From Phoronis australis (lineage: Eukaryota > Animalia > Phoronida), in assembly GCA_002633005.1 (NCBI GenBank), contig NMRA01000750.1, forward strand, positions 62,001 to 126,000: a stretch of DNA of 64,000 nt. The letters run 5' to 3'. Below are positions 45,685-57,985 of this stretch, piece after piece. Made by a program: the position numbers and the translations under genes. Under the pieces are notes generated by a model, which was not told the origin of the DNA, did no database searches, and saw nothing but the letters and a program-made list of their open reading frames with translations. Within the stretch, counting starts at the first letter, position 1, and each line of letters starts with the position of its first letter.

Positions 45685-47533
45685 TCACTGTTTTAAAGTG
45701 TCTTCTTCAACCGAGTTTATTGCTTGATGTTTTAGTTCTACAATGGACTCGTCTAGTTCTTGTCTCATTTTTTCTAAATATTTGAACTGTTCCTGTAACT
45801 TGTCCGGGGCCTGTTTTAATTTCTGGTGTAAGCTGATGAACTCCATGGCCTCTGTATAACAAATGTCAACACCACTCAGCTCACTTGGCAGCACACTTAA
45901 ATTTTCATCTTCAACTGAATCATCATACGAATCTGTCATTACGTCAGACGTTTTGTTAACAGCTCCTAAAATAATGAACACATGAGTACGGTTACAACAG
46001 AGTTGAGTGTGATTTGAAGCCTGCTCTACAAACCGAATATTGTTGAAATAGACATTCTAGGTACAAGATCTACAGGCTAACATAGCCCAGAACTGTTCCC
46101 AGAAACGTAGACTGCATAAGAATTAATCTGTTTTAACAGTTGATAACCATTCTTGTTCAGTTTAACACACACTGTAGTTAAATTGAGAAAGCCAAGTTCA
46201 GGGGCTGAACACAGGCGGCATTTGATTTAAAAATGAAAAAAATCATCCATGGGTAAGCGTTAGACAGTGACCACGGCCTCTAGCTGGCCAGTAGAGATGG
46301 TGAAGCTCATACAGAAGCTTCAAAGGCCGGGTCTAGAAGCTTTTCGGGGAATTATGCCTCACACTGATTAAAACATCAAAGTTATGTCGTAATAAGTACC
46401 TTTTGCACACAGAAGGACACCATAGGAGGCCGTCAATATCTTTAATTCCTTCGAACTCGAACAAATACTCCTGTTATAAAACTTTTTCTTCGAGTAGTCC
46501 TCCGTTCAGTTCCCAAAATCGAAAACTGGCCATTTTTAACATTGCGTGACGGATGGTATGACATCATATACCCTGGCGTGTGCTAGGTAAAAATGGCCAG
46601 TTTCCGAACTTGGAAACTGAATCAAGGACTGCTCACAGAAAAAGTTTGGAAAAGGAAGTACTTGTTTGCCAAAAAGCCTCTGCCGTATGAAGCTCCTATA
46701 CTAGGAGATTCATAGTCTCTGCTACTACTAGCAACTTAAGCTAGAGACGGTGTAGAGAATGACCAGCCAGCAGAGATGATGTAGCTCCTATAGGCGTTTC
46801 ATACGCTGGAAATTTTTCAGCGAATTATGCCTCGCACTGACCAAAACATCAAATTCACGTTGTTATAAATACCTTTTGCTCATAGATGGGCACCTTAGGA
46901 GGTCATTTATGTATTCAATTCCTTCAAACTCGGAACAAATACTCCTGTTATCAAACTTTTTCTTAGAGCAGTCCCTTGTTCAGTTCCCAAAATCTGTAAC
47001 ACACCATTTTTAACACTGTGCGCAGCAGGTGGCATATGCCGCATATGACGAATGCATCTTCTACCGTGCGCAGTGTGAAAATGGTGAGATATCGATGTTG
47101 GGAACTGAACGAGGGACTGCTCCTCCTAGACAAAGCTTGATAACGTCTAACAAGAGTATTTGTTCAAGTTGGAATTAAATACATCGACGACTTCCTGAGG
47201 TGTCAATCTATGCGCAAAAGGTATTTATAACAACGTAACTTTCATGTTTTAGTCAGTGCGAGGCATAATTCGCCGAAAAGCTTCCGGCCTATGAAGCTCC
47301 TAGTCCTAGTATAGGAGTCGAGCTCCATCTTCTCTACTCAGTCTCAGCAGAGATGGTCATTGTAAAAAGTTGAAAAAAACTCTGCTTGAGCGTTTACCAA
47401 CTCCATTCCCTTTCAAAAGAAACACCACATCGTCGCTCGATGTTTTTTTGATATCCTCGTGTATCTTGTCGACGGTAGGCGGCTTTGGTCGCGGTGTGAA
47501 TGACTGCAACTTTTTTCTCTTGCTCATCTTCAT
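45685..47533 (-). CDS. C19orf25: UPF0449 family protein (C19orf25 homolog), 2 exons, about 138 aa
   Basis: Exon 1 47533-47398 (MKMSKRKKLQSFTPRPKPPTVDKIHEDIKKTSSDDVVF) matches the UPF0449 motif P.RP.PPTV..I.ED......D.VF. Phase-1 join to exon 2 45965-45685, which has a coiled-coil C-terminus (YTEAMEFISLHQKLKQAPDKLQEQFKYLEKMRQEL). Confidence 0.85.
46278..47360. mobile_element. Two adjacent foldback elements (family 2) filling the C19orf25 intron
   Basis: 46278-46746 (CTCTAGCT/AGCTAGAG ends) and 46759-47360 (ATGACCA/TGGTCAT ends), each made of long inverted arms such as GTTCAGTTCCCAA / TTGGGAACTGAAC. Confidence 0.75.
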
Positions 47534-47897
47534 CAGGCAGTGTTGGCAGAAAAACTAGGTCAGTCGCTTATTAACATAATAAAAATTTCATGAGCTTTGT
47601 GTTACAGCATGCACGGTTGAGAAATGAAGATATTTATTGAAAAATATCGTTGCTGCATTTTTCAACGGAATTGAAATTGTAATTATATATACCAAACTGT
47701 CCCAAATTAACGGGGTCTAAATTTTTGGCAAGTAGCGTAAGCGGACACGGTAGGCCTAGTTATAATTGACCTATTTACGAGCCAGCGCGAAGAAGGAAGA
47801 GTTGCGTCATGGTCTATCATATTTAGCTTATTTCTTCTGAACACGGGTTACCGTGTGTTGGCTGAGACGTTATTTTAGGCCTTCTATTGTTCTAGCT
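47534..47897. promoter_or_regulatory. Compact bidirectional promoter C19orf25/SLC25 carrier with bZIP-type site TTGCGTCA (47802-47809)
   Basis: 364 bp between the divergent ATGs; locally CpG-richer sequence; CRE/C-EBP hybrid motif. Confidence 0.6.
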
Positions 47898-50800
47898 ATG
47901 GTAGAACGCACAAGGACGAGCCAATGGTCTGGATTTCAGGAAGATCTGGTGCGCTTCGTCCTGGCTGGAACTTCGAACATGTGCTCGGCCAGTGGTGGGT
48001 TAACAATTATGTTTTTATTGTAATGATACTCATACTAATACTAATACTCTAATTTAGTTTGAAATTATAATATATAACTTAAATACATAACTTCATAAAT
48101 TACCAGCGTCCGATGACAGATAATTCCTTATTTCGAACATTCTCATGGGCGGAGCNNNNNNNNNNNNNNNNNNNNNNNNNNNNNNNNNNNNNNNNNNNNN
48201 NNNNNNNNNNNNNNNNNNNNNNNNNNNNNNNNNNNNNNNNNNNNNNNNNNNNNNNNNNNNNNNNNNNNNNNNNNNNNNNNNNNNNNNNNNNNNNNNNNNN
48301 NNNNNNNNNNNNNNNNNNNNNNNNNNNNNNNNNNNNNNNNNNNNNNNNNNNNNNNNNNNNNNNNNNNNNNNNNNNNNNNNNNNNNNNNNNNNNNNNNNNN
48401 NNNNNNNNNNNNNNNNNNNNNNNNNNNNNNNNNNNNNNNNNNNNNNNNNNNNNNNNNNNNNNNNNNNNNNNNNNNNNNNNNNNNNNNNNNNNNNNNNNNN
48501 NNNNNNNNNNNNNNNNNNNNNNNNNNNNNNNNNNNNNNNNNNNNNNNNNNNNNNNNNNNNNNNNNNNNNNNNNNNNNNNNNNNNNNNNNNNNNNNNNNNN
48601 NNNNNNNNNNNNNNNNNNNNNNNNNNNNNNNNNNNNNNNNNNNNNNNNNNNNNNNNNNNNNNNNNNNNNNNNNNNNNNNNNNNNNNNNNNNNNNNNNNNN
48701 NNNNNNNNNNNNNNNNNNNNNNNNNNNNNNNNNNNNNNNNNNNNNNNNNNNNNNNNNNNNNNNNNNNNNNNNNNNNNNNNNNNNNNNNNNNNNNNNNNNN
48801 NNNNNNNNNNNNNNNNNNNNNNNNNNNNNNNNNNNNNNNNNNNNNNNNNNNNNNNNNNNNNNNNNNNNNNNNNNNNNNNNNNNNNNNNNNNNNNNNNNNN
48901 NNNNNNNNNNNNNNNNNNNNNNNNNNNNNNNNNNNNNNNNNNNNNNNNNNNNNNNNNNNNNNNNNNNNNNNNNNNNNNNNNNNNNNNNNNNNNNNNNNNN
49001 NNNNNNNNNNNNNNNNNNNNNNNNNNNNNNNNNNNNNNNNNNNNNNNNNNNNNNNNNTATGACCTTTGCACCAAACGACCTCTTCCGGTGCAATATGGAA
49101 TATGATTATATAACTAATCATAATTTATATACTGTCAAAAGTCATATGCTGAATATAAAGACCGTACCTGCACCCAATATGGAGTTATTAAGCCTCAAAG
49201 TTGGTCGGAAGAAGAATAAGAAGAATAAGAATAAGAATAAGAATAAAATTGAAGAAAACCCAGGAACAACAGTACTCTGCGCTTACACGCGCAGAGTAAT
49301 TAGGAATCACTGCATTTTAACTTATCACATGGAGCGCAAAATTTCGCAGTGTCTGGGTATTTCGTCGTGAAACTTAAAAGTTAACAACTGAACGGGCTGC
49401 ATGAGAGTCAACCGACACTAACATGGTCCATCATTTTAGTTGCAAAACAATCTAATAAATGTCTTTTTCATGTGTCATGCTCAGGCTTTGTGACAAAGAA
49501 AAGTTTATCGTCGATTTGAAAATAGCACGCACTAATTGCCTTATTTTTTCGACATCGTTTAGTAGTTGAGAACAACTTCGCCAAAGCAAAATTTGCTTAG
49601 AAATATGGTTTGCTGTAATAAAATACTAAAAACTTAAAGTGAATCGAATTCTGGCAATTTGTTACCAGCTGTACGCTGCGTGAAAGAAGAATGATTGATT
49701 GAAGAATCTGCAAAAAAGAAATTGGCCAATATGACATTCAATTTGGTCGTGCTGAAAGCCGACACCATATTATTGCTTCTCATGCTCAGATGAAGAATGG
49801 TAGAACTGTAATTTTTAGCGTCGGTAACTAATTTAGTTCACTCAAGGAGAATGTTTCTGTTGATGTTGATTTTGGGTCAGACTTTCTTTGGCCATTTTTG
49901 ACCCATAACTGTCCATTTATAGAGATTTGCGCCAGTACAAAGGTCAACATAAATACATCAGTGCTCAATTTGGTTACCTGCAGGTAACCTCAGATTGTGT
50001 TTGGCGACCTGAGAAAAATCCCAAGTTGCCATGATGTCGCCACTGCAAGTATCAAAGTTAGACAACAATTCGCTCGAAATTAATAAACAGTTTCCCTCAT
50101 TTAATACCTTTGGTCCATGATTTTTCCGTTGATTTCATGAAATCAGTGCATTTGGCACCACAGCAGTCAGCACACATGAAATCCGTGCTTAAATTACAAC
50201 AGCAAGTAAACAGATGGAAGTTGGAATTGTTTGGCAAAAATCTGACAAAATCGCCTCTAGTAGTTTATGAGATTGTCTGCATTCAGTTAGAGAATGAATC
50301 AATGTACATATTCGTTCATGGGGCGAAATTGAAGAGGTATGCACGCCGCGCTCTTTTTTCTGGTTTACAATTTCGTCAGTTTGGCAATCTCAGATTTCGT
50401 TTGGCGACCTGATATTTTTCGCCAAGTCACCAAATGCGACTTGGTATGAACCTAAGTGTCGAGCACTGTACATTATTACAGCAGTGGCAATGATCCATGG
50501 ATTGGAAGCTATCTATCCGACTAAAGCAGACTACAGCAACCTATGTTGTGGTCAAGAGATCTTGAATTTTACACTTCTTAGTTTTCTTCAGTGAATTTGG
50601 TATAATATTTGATTACAGTGGTGGATTTAACGAGGTGGGGGGGGCAAGGGGGCACGCCGCCCTCCCCTAGAGTTTTCCTAGATTCCATTTGGCAGTTTGG
50701 TGGTGCGAATGTCTGATAGGCAAAATCCTGACTAATACTCTGCTCTGTCCCCCAACTTGAAATCTTGGATCCGCCCCTTGATTAGAAAAGTGGCTGAAGA

Positions 50801-53800
50801 ATAAATTTTGTTTTACCTTTGAATTCATAAAGTGTGGCTTTACGAGATTTTCCAGAGCACTCTTCTTTCTCTTGTTACTCGCCTCCAGTTAATTGATGAT
50901 TGACAGGTAAGCATGGTGTCCTGAATCAAGCTAAAGTAACCAAGTTACATAACCGCTTCTCTGTTCCGCTGTTGTGTTTTAGCCAGTTTATATCCAGCGT
51001 TCGCCTACTCAAAAATTTAAATTGGTCATGTTTCCATCACTTTGAAAATTTAGACAGTGAACAGCCCCTTCATGTCATAGTGAACGCACATAAATGATAC
51101 TTTTTTGTTCAAAATAAAAAATTAAATAAATTATGTCGCGTCCTATTTTTAAAGTCACAGGCAATATCAAACAAATCCGTTTGCTAAAACAGGTCATGGA
51201 GAACACTGAAATGGCATGCAGAATCTCTTGATTCCGTTTGCTTTTATCGTTTGTTAGAATCATATATAAGCATGTTAAAGGAAGGAATTATGGGTTGATG
51301 ACTGAACCTTCAAGATCATCTTGGGGCAAGTCTCACCAGCAGTTACAGCTTTGTGACCCATATTTTCCCTCATCTGCTTTTCAACTTTTGACATGAACCA
51401 GTTTAAAAACTATGCGACAATCTTGACCATGTGCTATTTGCTTTTCTAGCTCCTGCAAGCGTGACCTTTTCAGTCAAAACATTAATGCAGATGAAGAATG
51501 ACTCCTGCATTTTGATTGGTGTAGAAATTATAAACTCTTCAATATTTGCCTTTCATTGGCTAAAATATGAGTCATGTTTATTGCTGAAAAAATCGCTTTG
51601 CTTTGGTGCCCATGAGTGGATTAGAGGAATTTGCATGTCGACATTTCACCATGACAACTGGAATGAAAGCGGCTGCTAGGCATCCCGGTAACTGTAAACT
51701 AATCTGCCAAGGTTCACACAGGGTCTGACCCTGTTCCTGGTTTCGCTGCTACTTGTGAGCATGCAGTTTTCCTTTTGCATATATTTTAAAATCTGTGGCC
51801 AGGCTATTGGTCTGAGTTGGAATGTAAAGGATCTAAGGATGTTTGGCTGTAAACCATAATGTTGTAAATGCAGGAGCCAGTCCATGAATGTTATAGCAAT
51901 TCTTTGTTAATTCAGATAGTGAACTGCAGATAAGGTCTGCGCGTGGGTTTGGTAGTACTGTACTCATCGGCTCTTTGTGTTAATTGCCACATAGATCGTA
52001 AACATGCAAGGCATGGTTTCTTCTGTAACAGATCTTTCGATTTATTTATTTTCTTCAGCTCCAAACAATAAAATTGTGATTTAACTTTCAATTTGATGGT
52101 AAAGCCTGATTAGAAGGTTACTAAACCCGGATTTTGACTGTTAACAGATATTAACGCAGACACAATCATAAAAATCTTTGAAACAAAGTAATGGGGTCTG
52201 TTCCAAGAAACTGACTAAAGTTAATTTTTGACTTAAGTCTAAGATTTGTCTTAACTTCGAAACTTTAACACTTCCACATTTTGTAAGTTAGTCAAAATTA
52301 AGACAAAACTTAGGTCAAACACTTAAGTCAAACTTAAGATCTCATTCTTGAATTGGTTTTGAGGCAAATTTAAGTAAACTTTTATTTTAAAAATTGTCTT
52401 AGCTAAGTCAGTTTTGTTGGAACGGACCCCATGGTCTGTAGACTTTTCCCAATCTTCAATTTTGGGTAAAATCACCAAAGCTTGCTTCAGTATTGGTTTA
52501 TGATAAAATTGGCTGAAGATCTTCTTATCAAAGTCCCATCATTGTGTTCATGTTTCTCAGCAATGATAATTCTGTTTAGTCGTAAGCCAGTAACAAATCT
52601 TGGCTTTTAAGTTGTTTGTAAATGGCTGCATTGCAGTGTACTAAATTTATTTAGTAAGTTTGCAAGTTTTGTTACACCGAACACCTACTGCTTTATTGGA
52701 AGTTTCTCAAGTTTTGACGTCACAGTTAGATCATGCATTGCACAAGTGTGTCTCGTTTTGTCTATACCTCACAAATGTTTTTTTTTTTAACTTCAGTAAC
52801 CAATCCAATCGATGTGGTGAAGATTCGCATGCAGCTTGACAATGAGCTGGCCTCACGCAGCGACAGTAAGAATGTGTTCAAGAACCGCTACTACAAGGGA
52901 TTCATCAAAGGTGGCAGTGTGATAGTCAGGGATGAGGGAATCCGTGGACTTTACAAAGGGTGAGTTACTTGACATTAATCAGTACAAAGGGTTTTAGATA
53001 TTGCCAGCTGGTGTAAAGTCCCAGTGTCTCTTGAATACTTCTAAAATGACAAAATTGTCATTGATTCCAAAGCTTTCATTGTGTGTTGTCACCTCAGACA
53101 GGAAAGTATTTTTTATGTTTGTCAAACAAGTAATGGCATCGTTAAAAGCTGGGGTTCAATTTCATAATGGCAGGCAGAAAAAGGTTTTCTAAATCTACGA
53201 ATCGTATTAAACATCAACTACTTTGTTTAAACTAGTGTTATTTTGGTTCATGTTGTATTTTCTTTGTTTACCAATGCCTCATATTCCTTACATTTAGACT
53301 ACTCCCATCTCTTATGAGAGAAGGCAGCTATAGTACAATTCGTCTTGGAGCCTATGAGCCATTAAAGAGACTGTTTGGTGCTGAAGATGTGAGGCACACA
53401 CCACTGTGGAAAAAGATCTGCTCTGGCGCCATCTCGGGTGATTATCCAATTGTTTTCTATAGTCAGTTGTCAAAACTAGAGTTTGACTGTTCATAGGTTA
53501 ATACAGGGCTTGGAATTTTCCTCTTTTAAGAGGATTTCCTCTTTTTTTGTTTCAATTTCGTCTTATTGATTCCAGTTTCTTTTTTTTTGGTCTGTTTATC
53601 ATTATTTTGACTTGACATGCAAAAACGTATATTTCAATTAAATTTTACAACACAAAAATTCTTTCTATCACGTAAGCCCATTTATTTGTGGAACGGTACC
53701 GTACATCACCTCGAAAATTTTCCTGTTTTTTGTCATTGGTCATTCCCAGCCCTGTTAATGGTGGTTCAATGCGTGCTTGTCTTTATTGAACATATGCACA

Positions 53801-56800
53801 TTTTTAAGTTTTTCGACATGAATGCTATACAGAATGAGTATGCTCACTATTTTTTCGGATCAGTATCTTGTGGGTCCAGCGTGTAGTAATGACCATTTCA
53901 ACCTATAGGTGCCATAGGTAGTGCCATAGCCACGCCCACTGACCTAATTAAAGTCAGGATGCAGGCCTGTCGACACAAACTTGGGGAGGTACCGCGATAC
54001 CGGAGCACATTTGCAGCATTTGGAGAGGTGGCACGGACTGAGGGCATTCGTGGTCTGTGGACTGGGGTTGGGCCCACTGTGAAGCGGGCGACTATATTGA
54101 CAGCAACGCAGGTGAATTATGATTATACATAAACCAATTTCTTCAAGTGGTCTTTGGGTGTTTTTGTTTTATATGAAAATAAATCTAGATCTAGTAGCCT
54201 CAGCATTAAAAACTGTGTCTCACTGCTGTTGATTGATATAAGACTTTGATGAGGAAATGTTACCTACTACAGAAATACTCTGTTATTGGGCATTTTTGTA
54301 CATACTCATTGAATATGTCAGCAGAGTTCAAATTTCAATAGCGTTTGCAATGATACACCAAATGTACGTACAAAATTATTTAAGTCATGCCTATCTGTGT
54401 GTTGTCGTACAAGTCACATGATTCCAGTCCATAAGTACTCATTAGTACATGACAACTTATTCTCACAAAGTGACCATGATTTCTCTGTGACAAGCATAAC
54501 CAGGACTCATTGTCATGACTACTGATTGCAAGTGGAATTTTCACTGAGAGTCGCTTGAATGACAAGTTGTTTCTAGTCATGACAGGGAAATGGAACTTAC
54601 CTGGATATTTTTGGTGTGAACTAATTTAAGGTACATATTTTTCCACCAAACTTGATCTCTGATGTCACGATGATTTTTAAAATAGTTAGCCACAGCTTGT
54701 ATTGAACCCATGTACCTTATCTTTCCCTGGCAGATCCCCGTTTATGACCATGCCAAGCACACCCTGCTCAACTATCAGGTACTTTCCGAGGGCATCCCTC
54801 TTCACATCACCAGCTCAATGATAGCGGGTTTCATGACCGCAGTGACGACATCCCCAGTGGATGTTATCAAAACCAGAATCATGAACCAGAAAAAATCAGG
54901 TTAGTGGGTTACATGTACTAGGCAGCTTGAAGGCATAGCACTAGGGCTTCCTACTGTAAATTTGTGTCGATAACACACAGTACTTTTTAAGTACGGGTTA
55001 AAAAATACTTTAGTACTGTATTAAAAGTACTAATAAGTACCATATTAGAAGCACATTGAGCCAAAAGCATTTCGTATATTTTACTAGGTTTTTCCTTTTT
55101 GCTCGTTTTACTGTTGTGCTAATATAAGTCAAGTTACAACTAAAATGAAAAACATTGTTAACATCTATGCCTAACGTAAGGATCCGTGAGAGCGCAGGTT
55201 TTCGCTTTTCACTGTACTAACAACTGGTCAAACTATCAATCCAAATGCGATAAAAAATGTTCAAAATGATATACAAAGTAAACGTCTCAGTGATTACTAT
55301 CAGGGCTAAGCGTGAGTGAACACTTGGAAAAGTACAGTATGAGTAGAAAATTGGCCCCACTCGTATGGACGCCTAGATGACGTCCGGTTCCTTTGGTCAT
55401 CACTTAGGAGCCCAAATCTGGAAATATGAGTGCAGAATGTGCCATCATTTGTATTTCCGAATGGGTATTTTCGCATGTGTCAGGCACTGACTATACAATT
55501 GCGGACGGAACTGAAGGACAATATATATAGATTATTACATGGCGAAGTCGTTATCCCCCGTATTCTAGAACCCGAGTGGATTTTGGAGAATTATCGCCCG
55601 AGGGGCATTAGCCTCGAGGATGATAATTCTCCAAAATCCCTTGAGGGCTCTAGTGAAGGGGGATAACGACTGAGAACATGCAATAGTCTATTTATACCAC
55701 ATACTGAACGAAAAACATTGCAATGAATCGATCTACCTTTCTCGACTCGCCTCTCTAACTACTTTCTGTCAGAGGCCCAGGGTCAGAGTGTTTGACCTTT
55801 TAAGAAAAGCCGAGCTATTTTTGTCAAATAATGCTTTTACTCAAAACCAATTGAAAATTTAAACAAAACAGAAATAAAGTGAATCTATAAATCAAGGTTT
55901 AGCAACTATTATTATAGCTTACTACACATTTTATCATGCTAAGCTTCAACTGAGAATATATCGTCTGATAAAGTAGGTTACCACTGGTAACTGAGTGTAA
56001 TGCTCAAGTCAAAGGATCCCGATGACACGATACCCGCATTCAAATTGTAAATCGGTGATTTACAAGTGAGAGAACATGAGAGAAAAATTTTACTGATTAC
56101 AGAATTAAAATATTGTTTTTATGGAAAGTATGCGTCTTAATATTTTTCATAACGTATAAATGTCGGTACAATGCCCATTGTTGAACATGCGATTGTTGTG
56201 CTTGCTCATTTAAGTATTCTATTTTCACGTTCGATGACGTCAGCCACTTAGTGGTGCAATGGTAAAGTCGACGACTGAAAACCCTTGCGGACCAAGTTCG
56301 AAACTGGCCTCGATTCCCGCCAAAATTTCATCTCACTTGTGAGATAACTAAATGGGTTATTACATGGTTGTATTGGTCATTCGAGGCTAATATTTTGGTA
56401 TAAGTAGTCTTATATGGAACAAGGGAGAGCAATGTTGCTGGAAGCCGAAGGTCAACTTTGCTCTCCTGCGAGATTGGTCTATATTTTTTGTGAATCCACT
56501 GTCTTATGCTCCTTTCTTCTGATTTCTTCATCTCTTTTTAGATTGCCATGCTTTTACCTGCTGCTTTGTGCCGTCGTCTGCTCGCTTTGACTACAGCGTG
56601 TGATTGGGCACTTCACTGATAGTGACCTCTGTAACATCAGTATCACTAGTCTTGTTAGGAACTTACATTTCATTGATTGTCGTGTACACTTCTTTGTCAT
56701 CTGCCTCACTTTGCAGGGCCACCCCTCTACAGAAGCTCCTGGCATTGCCTAACTGAGACAGTGAAGGTGGAAGGCCCTCTTGGTCTCTATAAAGGCTTTA

Positions 56801-56892
56801 TTCCAAACTGGATGAGGATAGGACCACACACAATTATCACTTTCTTCATATTCGAACAGTTGAGGAAAGCTGTTGGAATGAGACCTGTTTAA
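47898..56892 (+). CDS. Mitochondrial carrier (SLC25) of the UCP/ucpB-like subfamily, 6 exons, 314 aa
   Basis: Exons 47898-47994, 52797-52959, 53298-53437, 53909-54111, 54734-54899, 56717-56892. Three Px[DE]xx[KR]x[KR] signatures (PIDVVKIR, PTDLIKVR, PVDVIKTR), EG.RGL[YW].G motifs, and the arginine triad (LMREGSYSTIR, VKRATI, WMRIGP) typical of UCP/dicarboxylate-type carriers. The N-gap in intron 1 could hide sequence, but exons 1 and 2 already join in frame. Confidence 0.92.
48156..49057. other. Assembly gap (N run)
   Basis: 902 Ns. Confidence 1.
49058..49302 (+). mobile_element. 3' end of HINE/DINE-like element: microsatellite plus terminal hairpin
   Basis: (AAGAAT)n at about 49210-49245, then a perfect 10-bp stem TACTCTGCGC-ttacac-GCGCAGAGTA (49273-49298); the body of the element lies in the N-gap. 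Confidence 0.55.
49959..50468. mobile_element. hAT-like MITE with 5-bp TSD
   Basis: CAGTGCTC / GAGCACTG termini, TACAT on both sides, subterminal TTTGGCGACCTGA repeated near both ends. Confidence 0.7.
50616..50778. mobile_element. Small GC-rich MITE
   Basis: AGTGGTGGAT...ATCCGCCCCT inverted ends, G/C runs, TGATTA on both flanks. Confidence 0.6.
52193..52430. mobile_element. PIF/Harbinger-like MITE family 3
   Basis: GGGGTCTGTTCCAA / TTGGAACGGACCCC TIRs; interior rich in CTTAAG motifs. Confidence 0.75.
53504..53754 (+). mobile_element. hAT-like MITE family 1, copy 3
   Basis: CAGGGCTTGGAAT ... ATTCCCAGCCCTG; flanks TTAATA and TTAATG. Confidence 0.75.
55523..55696. repeat. Long imperfect palindrome (about 170 bp), probably the end of a non-autonomous element
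   Basis: TAGA.TATT.CATG..GTCGTTATCCCCC..GGATTTTGGAGAATTATC..CGAGG / CCTCG..GATAATTCTCCAAAATCC..GGGGGATAACGAC..CATG.AATA.TCTA. Confidence 0.85.
56243..56322 (+). pseudogene. tRNA-derived sequence (A box, GAA anticodon-like loop, B box); not an intact tRNA
   Basis: TGGTGCAATGG (A box), CTGAAAA loop, CCAAGTTCGAAACTGG (T arm/B box); acceptor and anticodon stems do not pair. Confidence 0.45.
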
Positions 56893-57166
56893 AAACCTAC
56901 AAATCTCATTGTCATTATCTCAAGATGTCAGTCGGTGTATGCAGCGTCGCCTGACGTGTACCTCAATATGACCGATAAAGGGGACATCGCGATGAAGCTA
57001 CAGATTGATATTCGCAAAGTTATATCCCATTTTCACTAATAACTTGCACCTGAACATATTCGTGGGCAAGTACAAAAACGTTTGCACTTTTGGTAACAAC
57101 TACTGTAGGTTTTGAAAAAAGGTAGAGTTTCAAGGAATTTATGGCCAAAACCTAGAAAGAAGTTAA

Positions 57167-57985
57167 GGGCTGTTCCAGCAAAATCTGTATGGGAGGGGGG
57201 GAAGGCACTTTTATTTTGTACCCACCGCCCATGTTTTTCATTTATTTCTCCAACCCATGACCCATAATTTTTTAATTATTTTTAATAGGTTAAAATATAA
57301 AATCCAACACTTGCAAACAAATTGCCTCCAGGAGGACCTGTTAAGAACTTAGATGATTGACAAACAAGAAGTAGTTGTCTTGTCCAATATTGTCAAAAAC
57401 TAAAGTAGCCTGTGAGCAATACTTTTGGCAGCCACCAGGTGTCTCTGTTAACCATGTGTCTATAATTTCAATGAACATTTTTTCAATTATAAGGATCTAT
57501 GAATCTCAAACTGTCTCCACGAACTCTTTTATACTTCTATGTCAAGTGAATATTGGAAATTGTTTATCTTACTCCTCATACTTTTTATTTAAAAATCATC
57601 AATTTTCTTGTATGTGTTAACACCAGTTTAGTGTTGCATAACTTTTCAATTCAATAGGACTGCAGACAAACAGTTGGCTCAAATCAAGTTGCCCATGACT
57701 TGATTAATGGCTTAGTGAACATATTGCACTCTGTTCACTGGCAATATGGGCTTTTTGTATTGGGATAAGTTAGGATATAGGCCAATTGCATTTTTTAGAG
57801 TTAAGATGGCTGAAGTAACCAACCTGTCAACATTAACAGGTCAAAAAATACCATCCATTTTTAATGCATCACTTCTTACAGGAACGACCACCCATAATTT
57901 GAGTTTTTTGCTGAAGACCACCACCCATGAATTTTTATTTCTACTGCCGTCCCCCCCTCCCACACGGATTTTACTGGAACAGCCC
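57167..57985. mobile_element. PIF/Harbinger-like MITE with TAA TSD
   Basis: TIRs of about 35 bp, GGGCTGTTCCAG.AAAATC.GT.TGGGAGGGGGG / CCCCCCTCCCA.AC.GATTTT.CTGGAACAGCCC, flanked by TAA. Confidence 0.85.

Noticed and set aside
48093-49121. Long ORFs spanning N runs (also 40451-41171)
   Set aside because: Artefacts of translating assembly gaps.
56243-56322. Functional tRNA-Phe gene
   Set aside because: Acceptor and anticodon stems do not pair; kept only as a tRNA-derived sequence.
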